Of a stretch of 64,000 nucleotides of DNA, positions 8,590 to 18,752 are shown piece by piece; the first letter of the stretch is position 1; every line of letters begins with the position of its first letter. Origin of the DNA: Candidatus Omnitrophota bacterium (GTDB taxonomy: Bacteria > Omnitrophota > Gorgyraeia > S143-82); NCBI GenBank assembly GCA_015494465.1, contig WGBD01000002.1:197267-261266 (forward strand), read 5' to 3'. The position numbers and the translations under genes were made by a program. The notes below the pieces were generated by a model. The model saw nothing but the letters and a program-made list of their open reading frames with translations. It did not search any database and was not told the DNA's origin.

Positions 8590-10026
8590 TTACTTCCCTA
8601 ATGCCTCAAGTTCTCTTTCCATAGCAGAAAGCCTATCCACAGGTCCCCCTTCTTGCTTAGGGGTAACCTCTTCTTCCTCCCATATCTTTGGTGTGATAAA
8701 AATCAAGAGCTCTCTATCCAGAGACTCCTTGTAATCCTTTCCAAACAGATAGCGCAAGAACCTCTTAAACCCCGGCAAACCCGTATAAGACTTGTTCATC
8801 AAGTGCTTTATAAGACCGCCCAAAACTACCGTATCACCGTCTTTGACCCTTACCACTGTCTTGAGACCGCGCTCTTCCGGGTCACGATAATTTTCCCCTA
8901 ACTTGGATGGTTTCGTTTCCACCAATTTAGGGGTAACCACCATTGTGATCTCTTTCTTAGAGGGATTGACTAAGGGAGTTACCTCCAACAATACCCCAGT
9001 AGTGTACCTTTCTGGCTCCTCGGTAACCGGATTGCCATTATCATCAAAAGATATCTTCTGACCAATGACCTCATCGGTAGAGATACTTATCTTGGCGGGC
9101 TCTCCGTTCAAGGTAAATATCCGAGGTCTGGCAAGGTACCTAACCTCCCCGTCTACATTTCTAAGATGTAATCCTAGTGCAGGGAAGGTCACCTGAGCGA
9201 GCTCCCCAGCCTCTCTAGTGGTTTTCCAGAAGTCTAATGACCTGCCCAGAAATGGGAATTTGGTATACCTTCGAGACTCGGAGAGAGAGATAATAGGTGT
9301 AGGCCAATCAATACCGATTTGGTCCAATAGGTTTTTGCTGACATCTAACATATCAACGGAGATCAAGACCTGGGGCACAGGTTTATCCAAACTCTCTATC
9401 ACTCTGGCAATGTTATCCATGTTGGAGGCGACATCTTTCACCAATATGCTGTTCGTCCTAGGATCGCAAACTGCCGAACCCCGTTCGGACAAGACGGTCT
9501 CAAGCGCGTCAAAAAGGCCCTTTCCTGATAGGCCTCCTTCCCCCTCTGGCTCCTCAGTGTCGGAGTTCCCCAACTTTATATCTTGACTAGCTTTGTCTAT
9601 GATCTTTGCCCCCGGGACTACCGCGTGTTTCAAGGTAAAGACCCTGGTCACCAGCTGTTCTTCCTCTCGCTTTTTCACAACGAAAAGCTTATCGGAAACC
9701 TTCTCCAATTTCAGGTCATAGAGATCCAAAAAATTCCTTAGAAAATCCTCCACTGGGACCTCTTCCACCCTCAGAGTAACCCTGTAATCTCTTATATCTT
9801 TGTCCAACAAAAAATTAACCCCTGTTGTGGCAGAGACTGCCCTAAAGACAACACCGATAGGGACTTCATCTAGGTCTAGAGATATATTGCTTCCCTCGCC
9901 ACCCACCACAAAAGCGTTCAACGCAGAGAGATCGACATCCGTTTTCCCCAACGACACGCAGGATAATAGGAAAAACAGGCACACCCCTAACGCTCTAATA
10001 AATCTCATGGCCCTCCACCCCCTCAA
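8590..10026 (-). CDS. secretin (PilQ/GspD family)
   Basis: 478 aa. Signal peptide with LLSC lipobox-like site. C-terminal secretin signature VVLGGLIKHLMNKSYTGLPGFKRFLRYLFG. Confidence 0.85.
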   Translation of the reverse strand: MRGWRAMRFIRALGVCLFFLLSCVSLGKTDVDLSALNAFVVGGEGSNISLDLDEVPIGVVFRAVSATTGVNFLLDKDIRDYRVTLRVEEVPVEDFLRNFLDLYDLKLEKVSDKLFVVKKREEEQLVTRVFTLKHAVVPGAKIIDKASQDIKLGNSDTEEPEGEGGLSGKGLFDALETVLSERGSAVCDPRTNSILVKDVASNMDNIARVIESLDKPVPQVLISVDMLDVSKNLLDQIGIDWPTPIISLSESRRYTKFPFLGRSLDFWKTTREAGELAQVTFPALGLHLRNVDGEVRYLARPRIFTLNGEPAKISISTDEVIGQKISFDDNGNPVTEEPERYTTGVLLEVTPLVNPSKKEITMVVTPKLVETKPSKLGENYRDPEERGLKTVVRVKDGDTVVLGGLIKHLMNKSYTGLPGFKRFLRYLFGKDYKESLDRELLIFITPKIWEEEEVTPKQEGGPVDRLSAMERELEALGK

Positions 10027-10450
10027 CCGTATAACTCCACAAATTATTTCCGCACCTTACGATTACCTTATTTGGATTTATCCGCTTCACTACACATCCA
10101 TCCCCAATTTTGTCTCCCACTTTATAGATGCGCCTACCACTTATAAAAACACCTTTCCCTGCATCGGACCAAACGATACCATCTATCTCTAATGAGGGCT
10201 GGATGACCTCCACCTCTTCTTCCTTATCCTCATAGGAAGGGAGTCTTTCTTCCACACCCAGATTAGAGACCCGATTCTCTGACTTAGGTTGGGCTGTGGG
10301 ATGGTGCTTTACCTCTACCCTCTTCTCTTTTTTATTTTTACTTTCAGCTTCTTCCGCCCATGGCGGAAGGAAAGGATCCTTAGCAAAAGCCACTGATAAG
10401 GAGCTTGCCAATATAATCAGCATGCAAATAGTACCTCTAATATAGCTCAC
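9995..10450 (-). CDS. pilus assembly lipoprotein PilP-like (GspC HR-domain homolog)
   Basis: 151 aa. Signal peptide followed by a KDPF motif (AKDPFLPP). C-terminal beta domain IDGIVWSDAGKGVFISGRRIYKVGDKIGDGCVV. Confidence 0.55.
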   Translation of the reverse strand: MSYIRGTICMLIILASSLSVAFAKDPFLPPWAEEAESKNKKEKRVEVKHHPTAQPKSENRVSNLGVEERLPSYEDKEEEVEVIQPSLEIDGIVWSDAGKGVFISGRRIYKVGDKIGDGCVVKRINPNKVIVRCGNNLWSYTVEGVEGHEIY

Positions 10451-10968
10451 TATCTTTTTCCCCCTCCCTTAGATAACGAAAGACGGTGTAGCGTGATCTG
10501 AACCTGGTAGATCGCCTCAGAAGGCCCTTTGCTCTTCACCTCTTTGTTCACGGATATGGCCCCCACATAAGTCAATCCACCCTTGATCTGTTCTATAGCC
10601 TTCACATAACACATCAACTGCTCATAAGTGGCTTCTATCGTCAAAGATACCGTTTCCCTAATCAGCCCTGCCGTGCCTGATTCCTTTCTAGGCATCGCCA
10701 TTATTATCCGCACTCCACAGTGTTTGCCAACCGAATACCCAATCTGCTGAAGACTCTTGGGCTTATCTAACAAAAATTCGGCTTTGAGTGCGTCTCTCCT
10801 CTTCTTTGTGCCCGAAAGCATTGCCAACCTTTCTCGAAGGGCATCGATACTCGTCAACTTTCGCTGTAGACGCTCCCGCTGATGGCGGAACCTCTGCCCC
10901 TGCTGTATCCCTACCACTACGACCAGTACAGCGGTAGCCAATGCTATTGCCTTCTCGCGGGGTTCCAT
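10450..10968 (-). CDS. PilO/GspM-like inner-membrane assembly protein
   Basis: 172 aa with an N-terminal TM helix, a coiled-coil segment and a C-terminal alpha/beta domain. It sits between the PilM-N fusion and PilP. Confidence 0.5.
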   Translation of the reverse strand: MEPREKAIALATAVLVVVVGIQQGQRFRHQRERLQRKLTSIDALRERLAMLSGTKKRRDALKAEFLLDKPKSLQQIGYSVGKHCGVRIIMAMPRKESGTAGLIRETVSLTIEATYEQLMCYVKAIEQIKGGLTYVGAISVNKEVKSKGPSEAIYQVQITLHRLSLSKGGGKR

Positions 10969-12492
10969 TTATACACACCTCAAGGAAAAGGCCAAATACT
11001 CTCTCTTCCCGTCTTTTTCCCGTCTATAATACAACAAATCTATATCGTTGAAATATCCCTCAAGATCTTTGCGAAGGTTTTCGGTAAGCTCTTCTAGGGC
11101 CTTGATCTCTTTTTCAGGATCCCCAAGATAAACCCCTCCGGTCAAGGTAAGCTGTATCTTCCCGGTTCGGATGTCCAATTTTAACCGGAAGGGGAGTTTA
11201 AGCCAAAAGCTCCCTCCAAATCTCCTCTTGATCACCTCTAACACCCTATACACGCCCTTTTTGTGATCCAGATACGAAGAGAATATCTTTATCTCCCTTT
11301 CAAAATATCTCTGTTTATTATCTATATCCCTCTGGGAAACCGAGCCGGGTCTGGGGAAAACGTCCTTCGGAAGGGTTGCTATCACGGCATTATACTCCTT
11401 CCTTATAGCGTTGTACCTCTGATAATGATAAAAACTGTACCCCCCTCCTACCAAGACAGCGCCCAATACCACATAGATAAACATCTCCTCAGGGATACCT
11501 GCAAACCACGCCTCAACAGCGGCCAAAACTGGTAACCTAAAGGAAGGGCCCTTACCAGTCTGTCGTTCTTCTCTTCTCACCTCTATCATAGGTAGCCTCT
11601 GAACCACCATTGCCAAGACCGCACCATAGGCGGAGGCGAGAAAACCCACATCCTTTATCCCAGCTATCGAATCCGCGAACGGTAAGAGTTTATTCAAGGG
11701 CAAGTTTGCCTCTACCGGAAAACTGAGCGACTCGTCCAGGAGACAAAGCAATGGAATCTTATCGCCTTCAACCAAGTCCCGATGGGCCTTTTTATAATAT
11801 TCCACAATCAATGTAAGCTCAGAATCCAACTGTTTTAACGAAGAGATCTCTTTCACCAATAGATTGCTGTTTTTGTCACTCAGGGTCAAAACATACTTAT
11901 CCTCCGCAGGATAGAGGAGGGAAAAGATAGTCTTCTCAGGGAAACGGCCACTATTCTTGACCAATGTCCACATAGCTAGATCCCTAGGGCAAAAGAGAAC
12001 TCGAGCAACCCAGTCTGGCGGAACTACTTGCTGTATATAAGACCGCAATATCCCATAGAAGACTACTTCCTGTTTTTTGGCTTCCTTTGCGGTTACAAAA
12101 AAACTATACCTAATCTCTTCTAATCTCGCCGGGAGCTTCCGCTTGACGTTTAGTATAACAGCAGAGGCCAACTCTTTTGGGCTAACTATCGGCAAGGAAA
12201 GTCGTCGCAGTACAGTATATTGTTCAGGTACTATAAATAGAAACTTACAGTCTTTAAGAGGGATATTGGCTTTCCTGCTTAGCCTTTCTATTAGGCCAGG
12301 AAAAGCCGCGGAAGGAATGGTCCCGGCAAGAACTTTCTCTTCCCAAGCAAAAATAAGATTGATCTGATGAGGCTTTCTAGTCTCGAATACTCCAAATCGA
12401 AATTCTCTACGGATGTCTGAATAAGAAATAACTATTACATATTTATGGGAAAACGATAGCAGGAATGAAAACAATTTCGTGGTATCCCACAT
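10969..12492 (-). CDS. PilM-PilN fusion protein (GspL-like architecture)
   Basis: 507 aa. The N-terminal ~300 aa look like a divergent actin-like PilM/GspL cytoplasmic domain. Then a single TM helix (MFIYVVLGAVLVGGGYSFY) and a ~170-aa PilN-like periplasmic domain. Confidence 0.5.
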   Translation of the reverse strand: MWDTTKLFSFLLSFSHKYVIVISYSDIRREFRFGVFETRKPHQINLIFAWEEKVLAGTIPSAAFPGLIERLSRKANIPLKDCKFLFIVPEQYTVLRRLSLPIVSPKELASAVILNVKRKLPARLEEIRYSFFVTAKEAKKQEVVFYGILRSYIQQVVPPDWVARVLFCPRDLAMWTLVKNSGRFPEKTIFSLLYPAEDKYVLTLSDKNSNLLVKEISSLKQLDSELTLIVEYYKKAHRDLVEGDKIPLLCLLDESLSFPVEANLPLNKLLPFADSIAGIKDVGFLASAYGAVLAMVVQRLPMIEVRREERQTGKGPSFRLPVLAAVEAWFAGIPEEMFIYVVLGAVLVGGGYSFYHYQRYNAIRKEYNAVIATLPKDVFPRPGSVSQRDIDNKQRYFEREIKIFSSYLDHKKGVYRVLEVIKRRFGGSFWLKLPFRLKLDIRTGKIQLTLTGGVYLGDPEKEIKALEELTENLRKDLEGYFNDIDLLYYRREKDGKREYLAFSLRCV

Positions 12493-12524
12493 AAACCCCC
12501 CTTAGCGATCCAGTTCACAAACAG

Positions 12525-12613
12525 CGGAGAGGGCGGGATTCGAACCCGCGGGCCCCCTTACGGAGGCCAACTGCTTAGCAGGCAGCTGCTTTCAACCACT
12601 CAGCCACCTCTCC
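12525..12613 (-). tRNA. tRNA-Ser (anticodon GCU), type II with long variable arm
   Basis: The reverse complement folds as acceptor GGAGAGG/CCTCTCC, anticodon stem GCTGC/GCAGT with loop CTGCTAA, a long GGCC...GGCC variable arm, and T-arm GCGGG-TTCGAAT-CCCGC. CCA is not encoded. Confidence 0.85.
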
Positions 12614-13068
12614 ATACGCCCTATCAGGCGCCTTCTCTTAAAAAAATCCTGCAGTAGTGCCCTCGCCTCCTCTTCCAGTACATGTCTTTTTATCGTTTTC
12701 AAAGAGGTCAAACATTGACTTAGATCCAAAACTGAACCAAGGGCACCGAATTCCGGCTCGGAAGTCCCAAAAACTACGCCCTCCAATCTCGACATCAATA
12801 TCGCTCCACAACACATTATACAAGGTTCCACGGTTACATACAAGTGGCAACCGTACAAAAACTGGGACTTCAAGGCATTGCTGGCCTGGGTAATGGCCAG
12901 GATCTCCGCATGAGCAGTGGGATCGTGTAACCTTCGGGTCTGGTTGTGGGCCCGGGCGATCAGTTGTCCGTCCTTTACTACCACCGCCCCCACCGGGACC
13001 TCGTCTTCTTCAAAGGCCTTTCGGGCCTCCTTAAGGGCCTCCCGCATAAAAAACTCGTCTCTGTCCAT
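12592..13068 (-). CDS. tadA: tRNA-specific adenosine deaminase
   Basis: 158 aa. CDA-fold zinc motifs HAEILAI and PCIMCCGAI. The 3' end overlaps tRNA-Ser by 22 nt. Confidence 0.85.
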   Translation of the reverse strand: MDRDEFFMREALKEARKAFEEDEVPVGAVVVKDGQLIARAHNQTRRLHDPTAHAEILAITQASNALKSQFLYGCHLYVTVEPCIMCCGAILMSRLEGVVFGTSEPEFGALGSVLDLSQCLTSLKTIKRHVLEEEARALLQDFFKRRRLIGRMERWLSG

Positions 13069-13071
13069 AAC

Positions 13072-16000
13072 CTAAAGTACCAAATAGACATTCTCCCTAC
13101 CAACGATGTCTTCTATCTCCTCTATAAAGGCAGGGGTCGGGCTCACGAATAGATCCTGATCCGTGTACACCAGGGCATAATCCCTTCTCCCCTTCACCAT
13201 CACCAAGAGAGGGACCTGGCCTCTGTAAAGCCCCAACCTTTCCCTCAGAACCACCAGATCTCGTTTATCCATCCCCGACACATCTATCTTCACCTCTTTT
13301 ATCACCTCTGCAATCGAGCCTATGTCCCACAGCTGATCCACCACGAACTTCACTCCGTTTTCGCTAACATCCGCCCGACCCAAGGCAATTAACACCTTGC
13401 CCTCTTCTATAAGGGACTGGTACTTCCGAAATACCGAAGGGAAACACATCGCCTCCACTTCTCCGGATAAATCCTCCAGGCTCAATACCGCAAACTTATC
13501 GGACTTGTCCTTTACCAGCCTGACCTGCACCTTGTTCAACACCCCAGCGATCGTCACTTGGGAGGAATCCTTCCTCTCTCCCAATTCAGCTATAGGGGTT
13601 ACCTTCAGACGGGATATCAACCCCTCATAATTGCTCAGCGGATGGCCCGAGAGGTAAAAACCGAGAGTCTCCCTCTCGTGGGCCAACAGCTCGTGCTCAG
13701 ACCACTCCTCACCCGGGAGGTCGAACCCCTGAGGTCCAGAAGAATGGGGTTGTGCCTCAAACAAGACCAGCTGTCCTAATAACTCGTCTCTCTTCCTGGC
13801 ACTCGCCTGGGCCAAGGCATCGTCCAAGGACTCGAACATCTGTTTCCGAGACATCCCCAACAGGTCCAGGGCCCCTGCCTTTATCAAGGACTCTATCACC
13901 TTCTTGTTCACTCGCTTGCCTGCCACTCGAGAACAAAAGTCGTAAAAGTCCTTATAGGCCCCAGACCTCTTTCTCTCACTAACTATGTCCTCTATAGCCC
14001 CAGCCCCTACGTTCTTTATGGCTCCCAAACCAAACCTTATCTTGTCCCCCTCCACGGAAAACTCGTACACGCTGTGGTTCACATCTGGGGGCAGTATCTC
14101 TATACCCATCTGTCGGGCGTCCTTCAGATACTCCACCATCTTGTCGGTGTTGTTGAATTCCGAGGTCAACAGTGAGGCCATAAACTCCAGGGGATAGTTC
14201 GCCTTCAGATATGCGGTCCTGTAGGAGACCAGGGCGTAGGCGGCAGAGTGAGACTTATTGAATCCGTATCCTGAGAAGAACTCTATAAGATCGAAGATCC
14301 GCTCCGCCACATCCCTTGAGACCCCGTTGTTCACGCATCCTGAGATAAACGCTGTCCTCTGCTCCTCCATCACCTCCGGGATCTTCTTTCCCATCGCCCG
14401 CCTGAGTATGTCCGCCTGGGCGAGAGAGAATCCTGCCAAAGAACTGGCTATCTGCATGACCTGCTCCTGATAGAGGATAACGCCGTAGGTCTCCCTCAGT
14501 ATCGGCTCCAGTTTGGGGTGCAGGTAGGATATCTCGGTCTCTCCTCTCTTCCTGCGAATAAAGTCGTCCAGCATCCCACTACCTATCGGACCTGGGCGGT
14601 ACAAGGCGAGTAGGGCGATGATGTCCTCAAACTTGTCCGGTTGCATCCGCACCAAGAGATCCCGCATCCCTGCGGATTCAAGTTGAAAAATACCCTTGGT
14701 GCGGGCCTCCCGCAGGAGTTGAAAGGTCTTCTCGTCGTCCAACGGGATCTCGTCAATGTCCAATCGTCTGCCCGTCCGCTCCTCTATAAAGTTCAAGGTC
14801 TTCTCTATCACCGTAAGGGTCTTTAGGCCGAGGAAGTCCATCTTCAACAGACCTATCTTCTCCAGGGACTTCATCTCGTAAGCGGTGCAGATCTGCCCCC
14901 GATTCTTATAAAGCGGGACATACTCCGTAAGGGGCTTGTCCGCTATCACCACCCCGGCAGCGTGGGTGGAGGCGTGGCGGGTAAGGCCTTCCAGAGCCAT
15001 AGCCACATCTATCAATTCCTTTATCTGGGGGGACTCGTCGTAGACCCTGCGCAGATCGGGCTCCACCTCCAAGGCCTCCTTCAGGGACATGGATTGGGGA
15101 ATCATCTTGGCTATCTTGTCCGCCAGAGAGTAGGGCAGGGCCATCGCCCGGGCCACATCCCTGACCACCGCCCGGGCCTGCATCGTGCCGAAGGTGATTA
15201 TCTGGGCGACACTACTGCGCCCGTACTTCTCCACCACATAGTCGATCACCTTCTGGCGGTTCTCGTAACAGAAGTCTATGTCTATGTCCGGCATGGAGAC
15301 GCGCTCGGGATTTAAAAATCGCTCGAACAGTAGCCCGTACTTGAGCGGGTCTATGTTGGTTATCCCCAAGAGATAACTCACCATACTCCCCGCAGCTGAT
15401 CCCCGTCCCGGTCCGACTGGAATGCGATTCTCTTTGGCGTAGCGCACGAAGTCCCACACGATAAGGAAGTAGTTCACATAGCCCATCCTCTCTATGATGG
15501 AGAACTCGAATTTGAGCCTCTCCATTACCTCCGCCCGCCTGCCGGGATCGTGATACCGCCTCTCCAGTCCCTGCATACACAATTCCCACAGGTATTCCCT
15601 GCTCGTCTTGCCCTCGGGCGGGTGAAAGAGCGGCATGTGGTTCTTGCCGAATTCCAATATCACATTGCACCTGTCCGCTATCTCCCGGGTGTTCAACACT
15701 GCCGAGGGCAGATCTTTGAACCTCCGCTTCATCTCCTCGGGAGAGGCAAAGTAGAATAGGTTGGAACTCATCCGCATCCGCTTAGGATCGTGTATGTTGG
15801 TCTGGGTCTGGATGCAGAGGAGGATCTCGTGGGCCCGGGCGTGTTCGGGAAGTATGTAATGGACATCGTTGGTGGCCACCAACCCCAAGTCGTACTTCTT
15901 GGCCAGATCCACCAGGCCCCTGTTGGCCTTCTCCTGCTCCGGTATAGCGTTCTCCTGCACCTCCAAGTAGAAGTTCTCCCTCCCGAATATCTCCAGATAC

Positions 16001-16491
16001 TCACGCAGGGCCTTCTCCGCCAGATCCCTGCGATCCTTGAGGATCCAGTACGCGATCTCCCCCTTCAGACAGGCGCTCAAGCCGATTAATCCCTCCCCAT
16101 ACTCCCGCAGGAGGTCCTTGTCTATCCGGGGATACCGGTAAAACCCCTCAAAGACTGCCTTGGTCGTCAACTGGATGAGGTTTTTGTACCCCAGTTCGTC
16201 CTTGCACAACAGGACCAGGTGGAAGGCGGGCGGTAATCCGTTGGTCTCGCCTTTATCAAATCGGGACCTCGGGGCGACATAGACCTCACTGCCCAAGATG
16301 GGTTTCACCCCTGCCTCCATCGCCTTGGAATAGAACTGGATCGCAGCGAACATATTCCCGTGGTCGGTCACCGCCACCGCAGGCATACGAAACTCCGCCG
16401 CCTTGCTTACGATGTCCCCGAGATGGCAGGCCCCATCCAAGAGACTAAACTCACTGTGGAGGTGGAGATGAACGAAATCGGAGTGATACAT
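13072..16491 (-). CDS. dnaE: DNA polymerase III alpha subunit
   Basis: The N-terminal PHP domain begins MYHSDFVHLHLHSEFSLLDGA. Start was trimmed to the ATG at 16489-16491 because the track ORF's first 32 codons read through tRNA-Leu. ~1139 aa. Confidence 0.95.
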   Translation of the reverse strand: MYHSDFVHLHLHSEFSLLDGACHLGDIVSKAAEFRMPAVAVTDHGNMFAAIQFYSKAMEAGVKPILGSEVYVAPRSRFDKGETNGLPPAFHLVLLCKDELGYKNLIQLTTKAVFEGFYRYPRIDKDLLREYGEGLIGLSACLKGEIAYWILKDRRDLAEKALREYLEIFGRENFYLEVQENAIPEQEKANRGLVDLAKKYDLGLVATNDVHYILPEHARAHEILLCIQTQTNIHDPKRMRMSSNLFYFASPEEMKRRFKDLPSAVLNTREIADRCNVILEFGKNHMPLFHPPEGKTSREYLWELCMQGLERRYHDPGRRAEVMERLKFEFSIIERMGYVNYFLIVWDFVRYAKENRIPVGPGRGSAAGSMVSYLLGITNIDPLKYGLLFERFLNPERVSMPDIDIDFCYENRQKVIDYVVEKYGRSSVAQIITFGTMQARAVVRDVARAMALPYSLADKIAKMIPQSMSLKEALEVEPDLRRVYDESPQIKELIDVAMALEGLTRHASTHAAGVVIADKPLTEYVPLYKNRGQICTAYEMKSLEKIGLLKMDFLGLKTLTVIEKTLNFIEERTGRRLDIDEIPLDDEKTFQLLREARTKGIFQLESAGMRDLLVRMQPDKFEDIIALLALYRPGPIGSGMLDDFIRRKRGETEISYLHPKLEPILRETYGVILYQEQVMQIASSLAGFSLAQADILRRAMGKKIPEVMEEQRTAFISGCVNNGVSRDVAERIFDLIEFFSGYGFNKSHSAAYALVSYRTAYLKANYPLEFMASLLTSEFNNTDKMVEYLKDARQMGIEILPPDVNHSVYEFSVEGDKIRFGLGAIKNVGAGAIEDIVSERKRSGAYKDFYDFCSRVAGKRVNKKVIESLIKAGALDLLGMSRKQMFESLDDALAQASARKRDELLGQLVLFEAQPHSSGPQGFDLPGEEWSEHELLAHERETLGFYLSGHPLSNYEGLISRLKVTPIAELGERKDSSQVTIAGVLNKVQVRLVKDKSDKFAVLSLEDLSGEVEAMCFPSVFRKYQSLIEEGKVLIALGRADVSENGVKFVVDQLWDIGSIAEVIKEVKIDVSGMDKRDLVVLRERLGLYRGQVPLLVMVKGRRDYALVYTDQDLFVSPTPAFIEEIEDIVGRENVYLVL

Positions 16492-16506
16492 ATCCCTCAA
16501 CCTCTC

Positions 16507-16593
<87 letters not shown>

Positions 16594-16649
16594 AGTTAGG
16601 ATAGATAATTATATCACAAAACCCAAAAGGGCAAGGTAGAATCCGCGGA

Positions 16650-17402
16650 TCAGGTCCGTCCCTGTTTGGCCAAAAAGGCAGTGAAGATCTCCAACGGCAG
16701 AGGGAAGACCACCGTAGTCGTGTTCTCGGTAGAGATGTCCACCAGGGTCTGCAGGTACCTCATCTGCAGGGCAATCGGCTGGTCCTTTAACATCTCCGAG
16801 GCCTGGCGGAGTTTCTCCGCTGCCTGTAACTCGCCCTCTGCTGCGATGATCTTGGCCCTTCTCTCCCTCTCTGCCTCTGCCTGTCTGGCCATGGCCCTCT
16901 GCATCTCCTGAGGCAGGTCCACATGCTTTATCTCTACCGTGGTCACCTTCACGCCCCAAGGGTCGGTCTGGCGGTCTATTATCTCCTGCAAGCGGGTGTT
17001 TATCTTCTCCCTGTCCGAGAGCAATTCGTCCAATTCCACCTGTCCAACGATGCTCCTCAACGCGGTCTGGGATATCTGAGAGGTGGCGTAATCGTAGTTC
17101 TCCACCTCTATAACCGCCTTAACCGGATCCATCACCCGGTAATACACCACCGCATTCACCTTCACCGACACATTATCCTTGGTAATGATGTCCTGAGGAG
17201 GGACATCCAAGGTGACCAACCGCATGCTCACCACCTTCATCGTCTCGAACGGCCAGAATATCAGGATGAGTCCCGGACCGCGCGGGCCACCCAACACCCG
17301 TCCAAGGGTAAAGACCACCGCCCGTTCGTACTCCTTGAGTATCCGGGCGCACTGAAAGAGGTACCAAACCACTGCCACTAACAAGAACAACATAAACCCC
17401 AT
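16650..17402 (-). CDS. SPFH/band-7 (stomatin-like) membrane protein
   Basis: 250 aa with an N-terminal TM anchor, a band-7 domain and a C-terminal coiled coil ([22 protein letters not shown]). Confidence 0.85.
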   Translation of the reverse strand: MGFMLFLLVAVVWYLFQCARILKEYERAVVFTLGRVLGGPRGPGLILIFWPFETMKVVSMRLVTLDVPPQDIITKDNVSVKVNAVVYYRVMDPVKAVIEVENYDYATSQISQTALRSIVGQVELDELLSDREKINTRLQEIIDRQTDPWGVKVTTVEIKHVDLPQEMQRAMARQAEAERERRAKIIAAEGELQAAEKLRQASEMLKDQPIALQMRYLQTLVDISTENTTTVVFPLPLEIFTAFLAKQGRT

Positions 17403-17405
17403 ACC

Positions 17406-18749
17406 TCACCCCCTTTCTCTTACCACCAAGGTCAACCCCTCTACCCTCACGACCTCCACCTTCCTGCCGACGGGGATAACGCCCTTCCCCTCGCTACGGG
17501 CAGACCAGTAGGTACCATCTGCAAACACCTTGCCCCCGGAAGGAGACACCTCCTTTACCACCTCCCCTATCTGGCCCACGAGGGACTCCGCCCCCACCCT
17601 GGCCCGCATCCTCCTTACGCGCAGGGCCAGATAGACGATCCCAGTGGCAATAGCGCCCAACATCAACCCGGGTATGACTATCCAGGCCTTGGGGAGGGGG
17701 AAAAGGGCTCCCTCCTTATTCCACAGTATCAGGCCACCCCATACGAAGGAGATCGTCCCTGCCAAGGCCAGGATACCAAAACCGGGAGTCAAGACCTCGC
17801 CAAAGAAGAATGCCACCCCCAGGAGTATGAGGAGCAGGCCAAAGTAGTTTACCGGGAGCAGGCCGTATCCGTATAGACACAGTCCCAAGCCGATCAGTCC
17901 CACTACGCCAGGCACGCCAAATCCAGGATGAGTCAGTTCAAACAGTATCAACAGGAGGGAAAGCGAATACAGGACATAGAGGACATAGGGATGGGTAAGG
18001 TAGTACATCAAGAGGTCCATCCCCTCGAGGCGTTTGTACACAAGATTTACTCTATTGCTGGGGGAAAGAACCCCCTTCTCCTCGGCCACCGCAATCAACT
18101 CCCGCACATCGGTGCATATCGCATCAATTATACCGTACTTTAGGGCCTCCTCCTCGGTGAGGGCACGACTCCTGGTAATCAACTCCTTGGCAATCTCCTC
18201 GTCAGCACTGGGATGCTTATTGCGGACATAGGAGAGGAAAAAGGCAATCGTATCGTTGACTACCTTCTCCTGAAGCAGATCTTCTTTTTCATCCTCACTT
18301 CCCAACATCACCGGATGGGCTGCCCCTATGTGGGTGCTCGGTGCCATAGCGACGAAGTCGCAAGCAAGGGCCAGGAGTGCCCCTGCGGATCCCGCCCGGG
18401 CCCCTTTGGGATAGACGAAGGCAAGGGTAGGGACCGGCGAGGCCAGGATCTCCTTGACTATCTTTCGACAGGACTCCAAAAATCCCCCGGGGGTATCGAT
18501 CAAGAATATCACGCCTTGATACTCCTCGGCGTGTTCCATCTCCCTCTGAACGAGGGACACCAACGGCGGAGATATAACCTTATCGTCTATCTCTATAACC
18601 AGATAATTCGCACTGGAAAGGAACGGCCTGAGAATTTGAGAACCCGAATCCGAAGCGAAGAGAAGGCAACCTATGGACAGAGAAAAAGCAAAAAGGAGAA
18701 AAACGGACTTCCACCTAATCCCAGCGATCCCCGGCCTCCTTAAAAACAA
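17406..18749 (-). CDS. NfeD-family membrane-bound serine protease (stomatin operon partner)
   Basis: 447 aa with a ClpP-like N-terminal domain, a multi-TM middle region and a C-terminal OB-like domain. Classic nfeD-stomatin gene pair. Confidence 0.8.
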   Translation of the reverse strand: MFLRRPGIAGIRWKSVFLLFAFSLSIGCLLFASDSGSQILRPFLSSANYLVIEIDDKVISPPLVSLVQREMEHAEEYQGVIFLIDTPGGFLESCRKIVKEILASPVPTLAFVYPKGARAGSAGALLALACDFVAMAPSTHIGAAHPVMLGSEDEKEDLLQEKVVNDTIAFFLSYVRNKHPSADEEIAKELITRSRALTEEEALKYGIIDAICTDVRELIAVAEEKGVLSPSNRVNLVYKRLEGMDLLMYYLTHPYVLYVLYSLSLLLILFELTHPGFGVPGVVGLIGLGLCLYGYGLLPVNYFGLLLILLGVAFFFGEVLTPGFGILALAGTISFVWGGLILWNKEGALFPLPKAWIVIPGLMLGAIATGIVYLALRVRRMRARVGAESLVGQIGEVVKEVSPSGGKVFADGTYWSARSEGKGVIPVGRKVEVVRVEGLTLVVRERG

Positions 18750-18752
18750 AAA

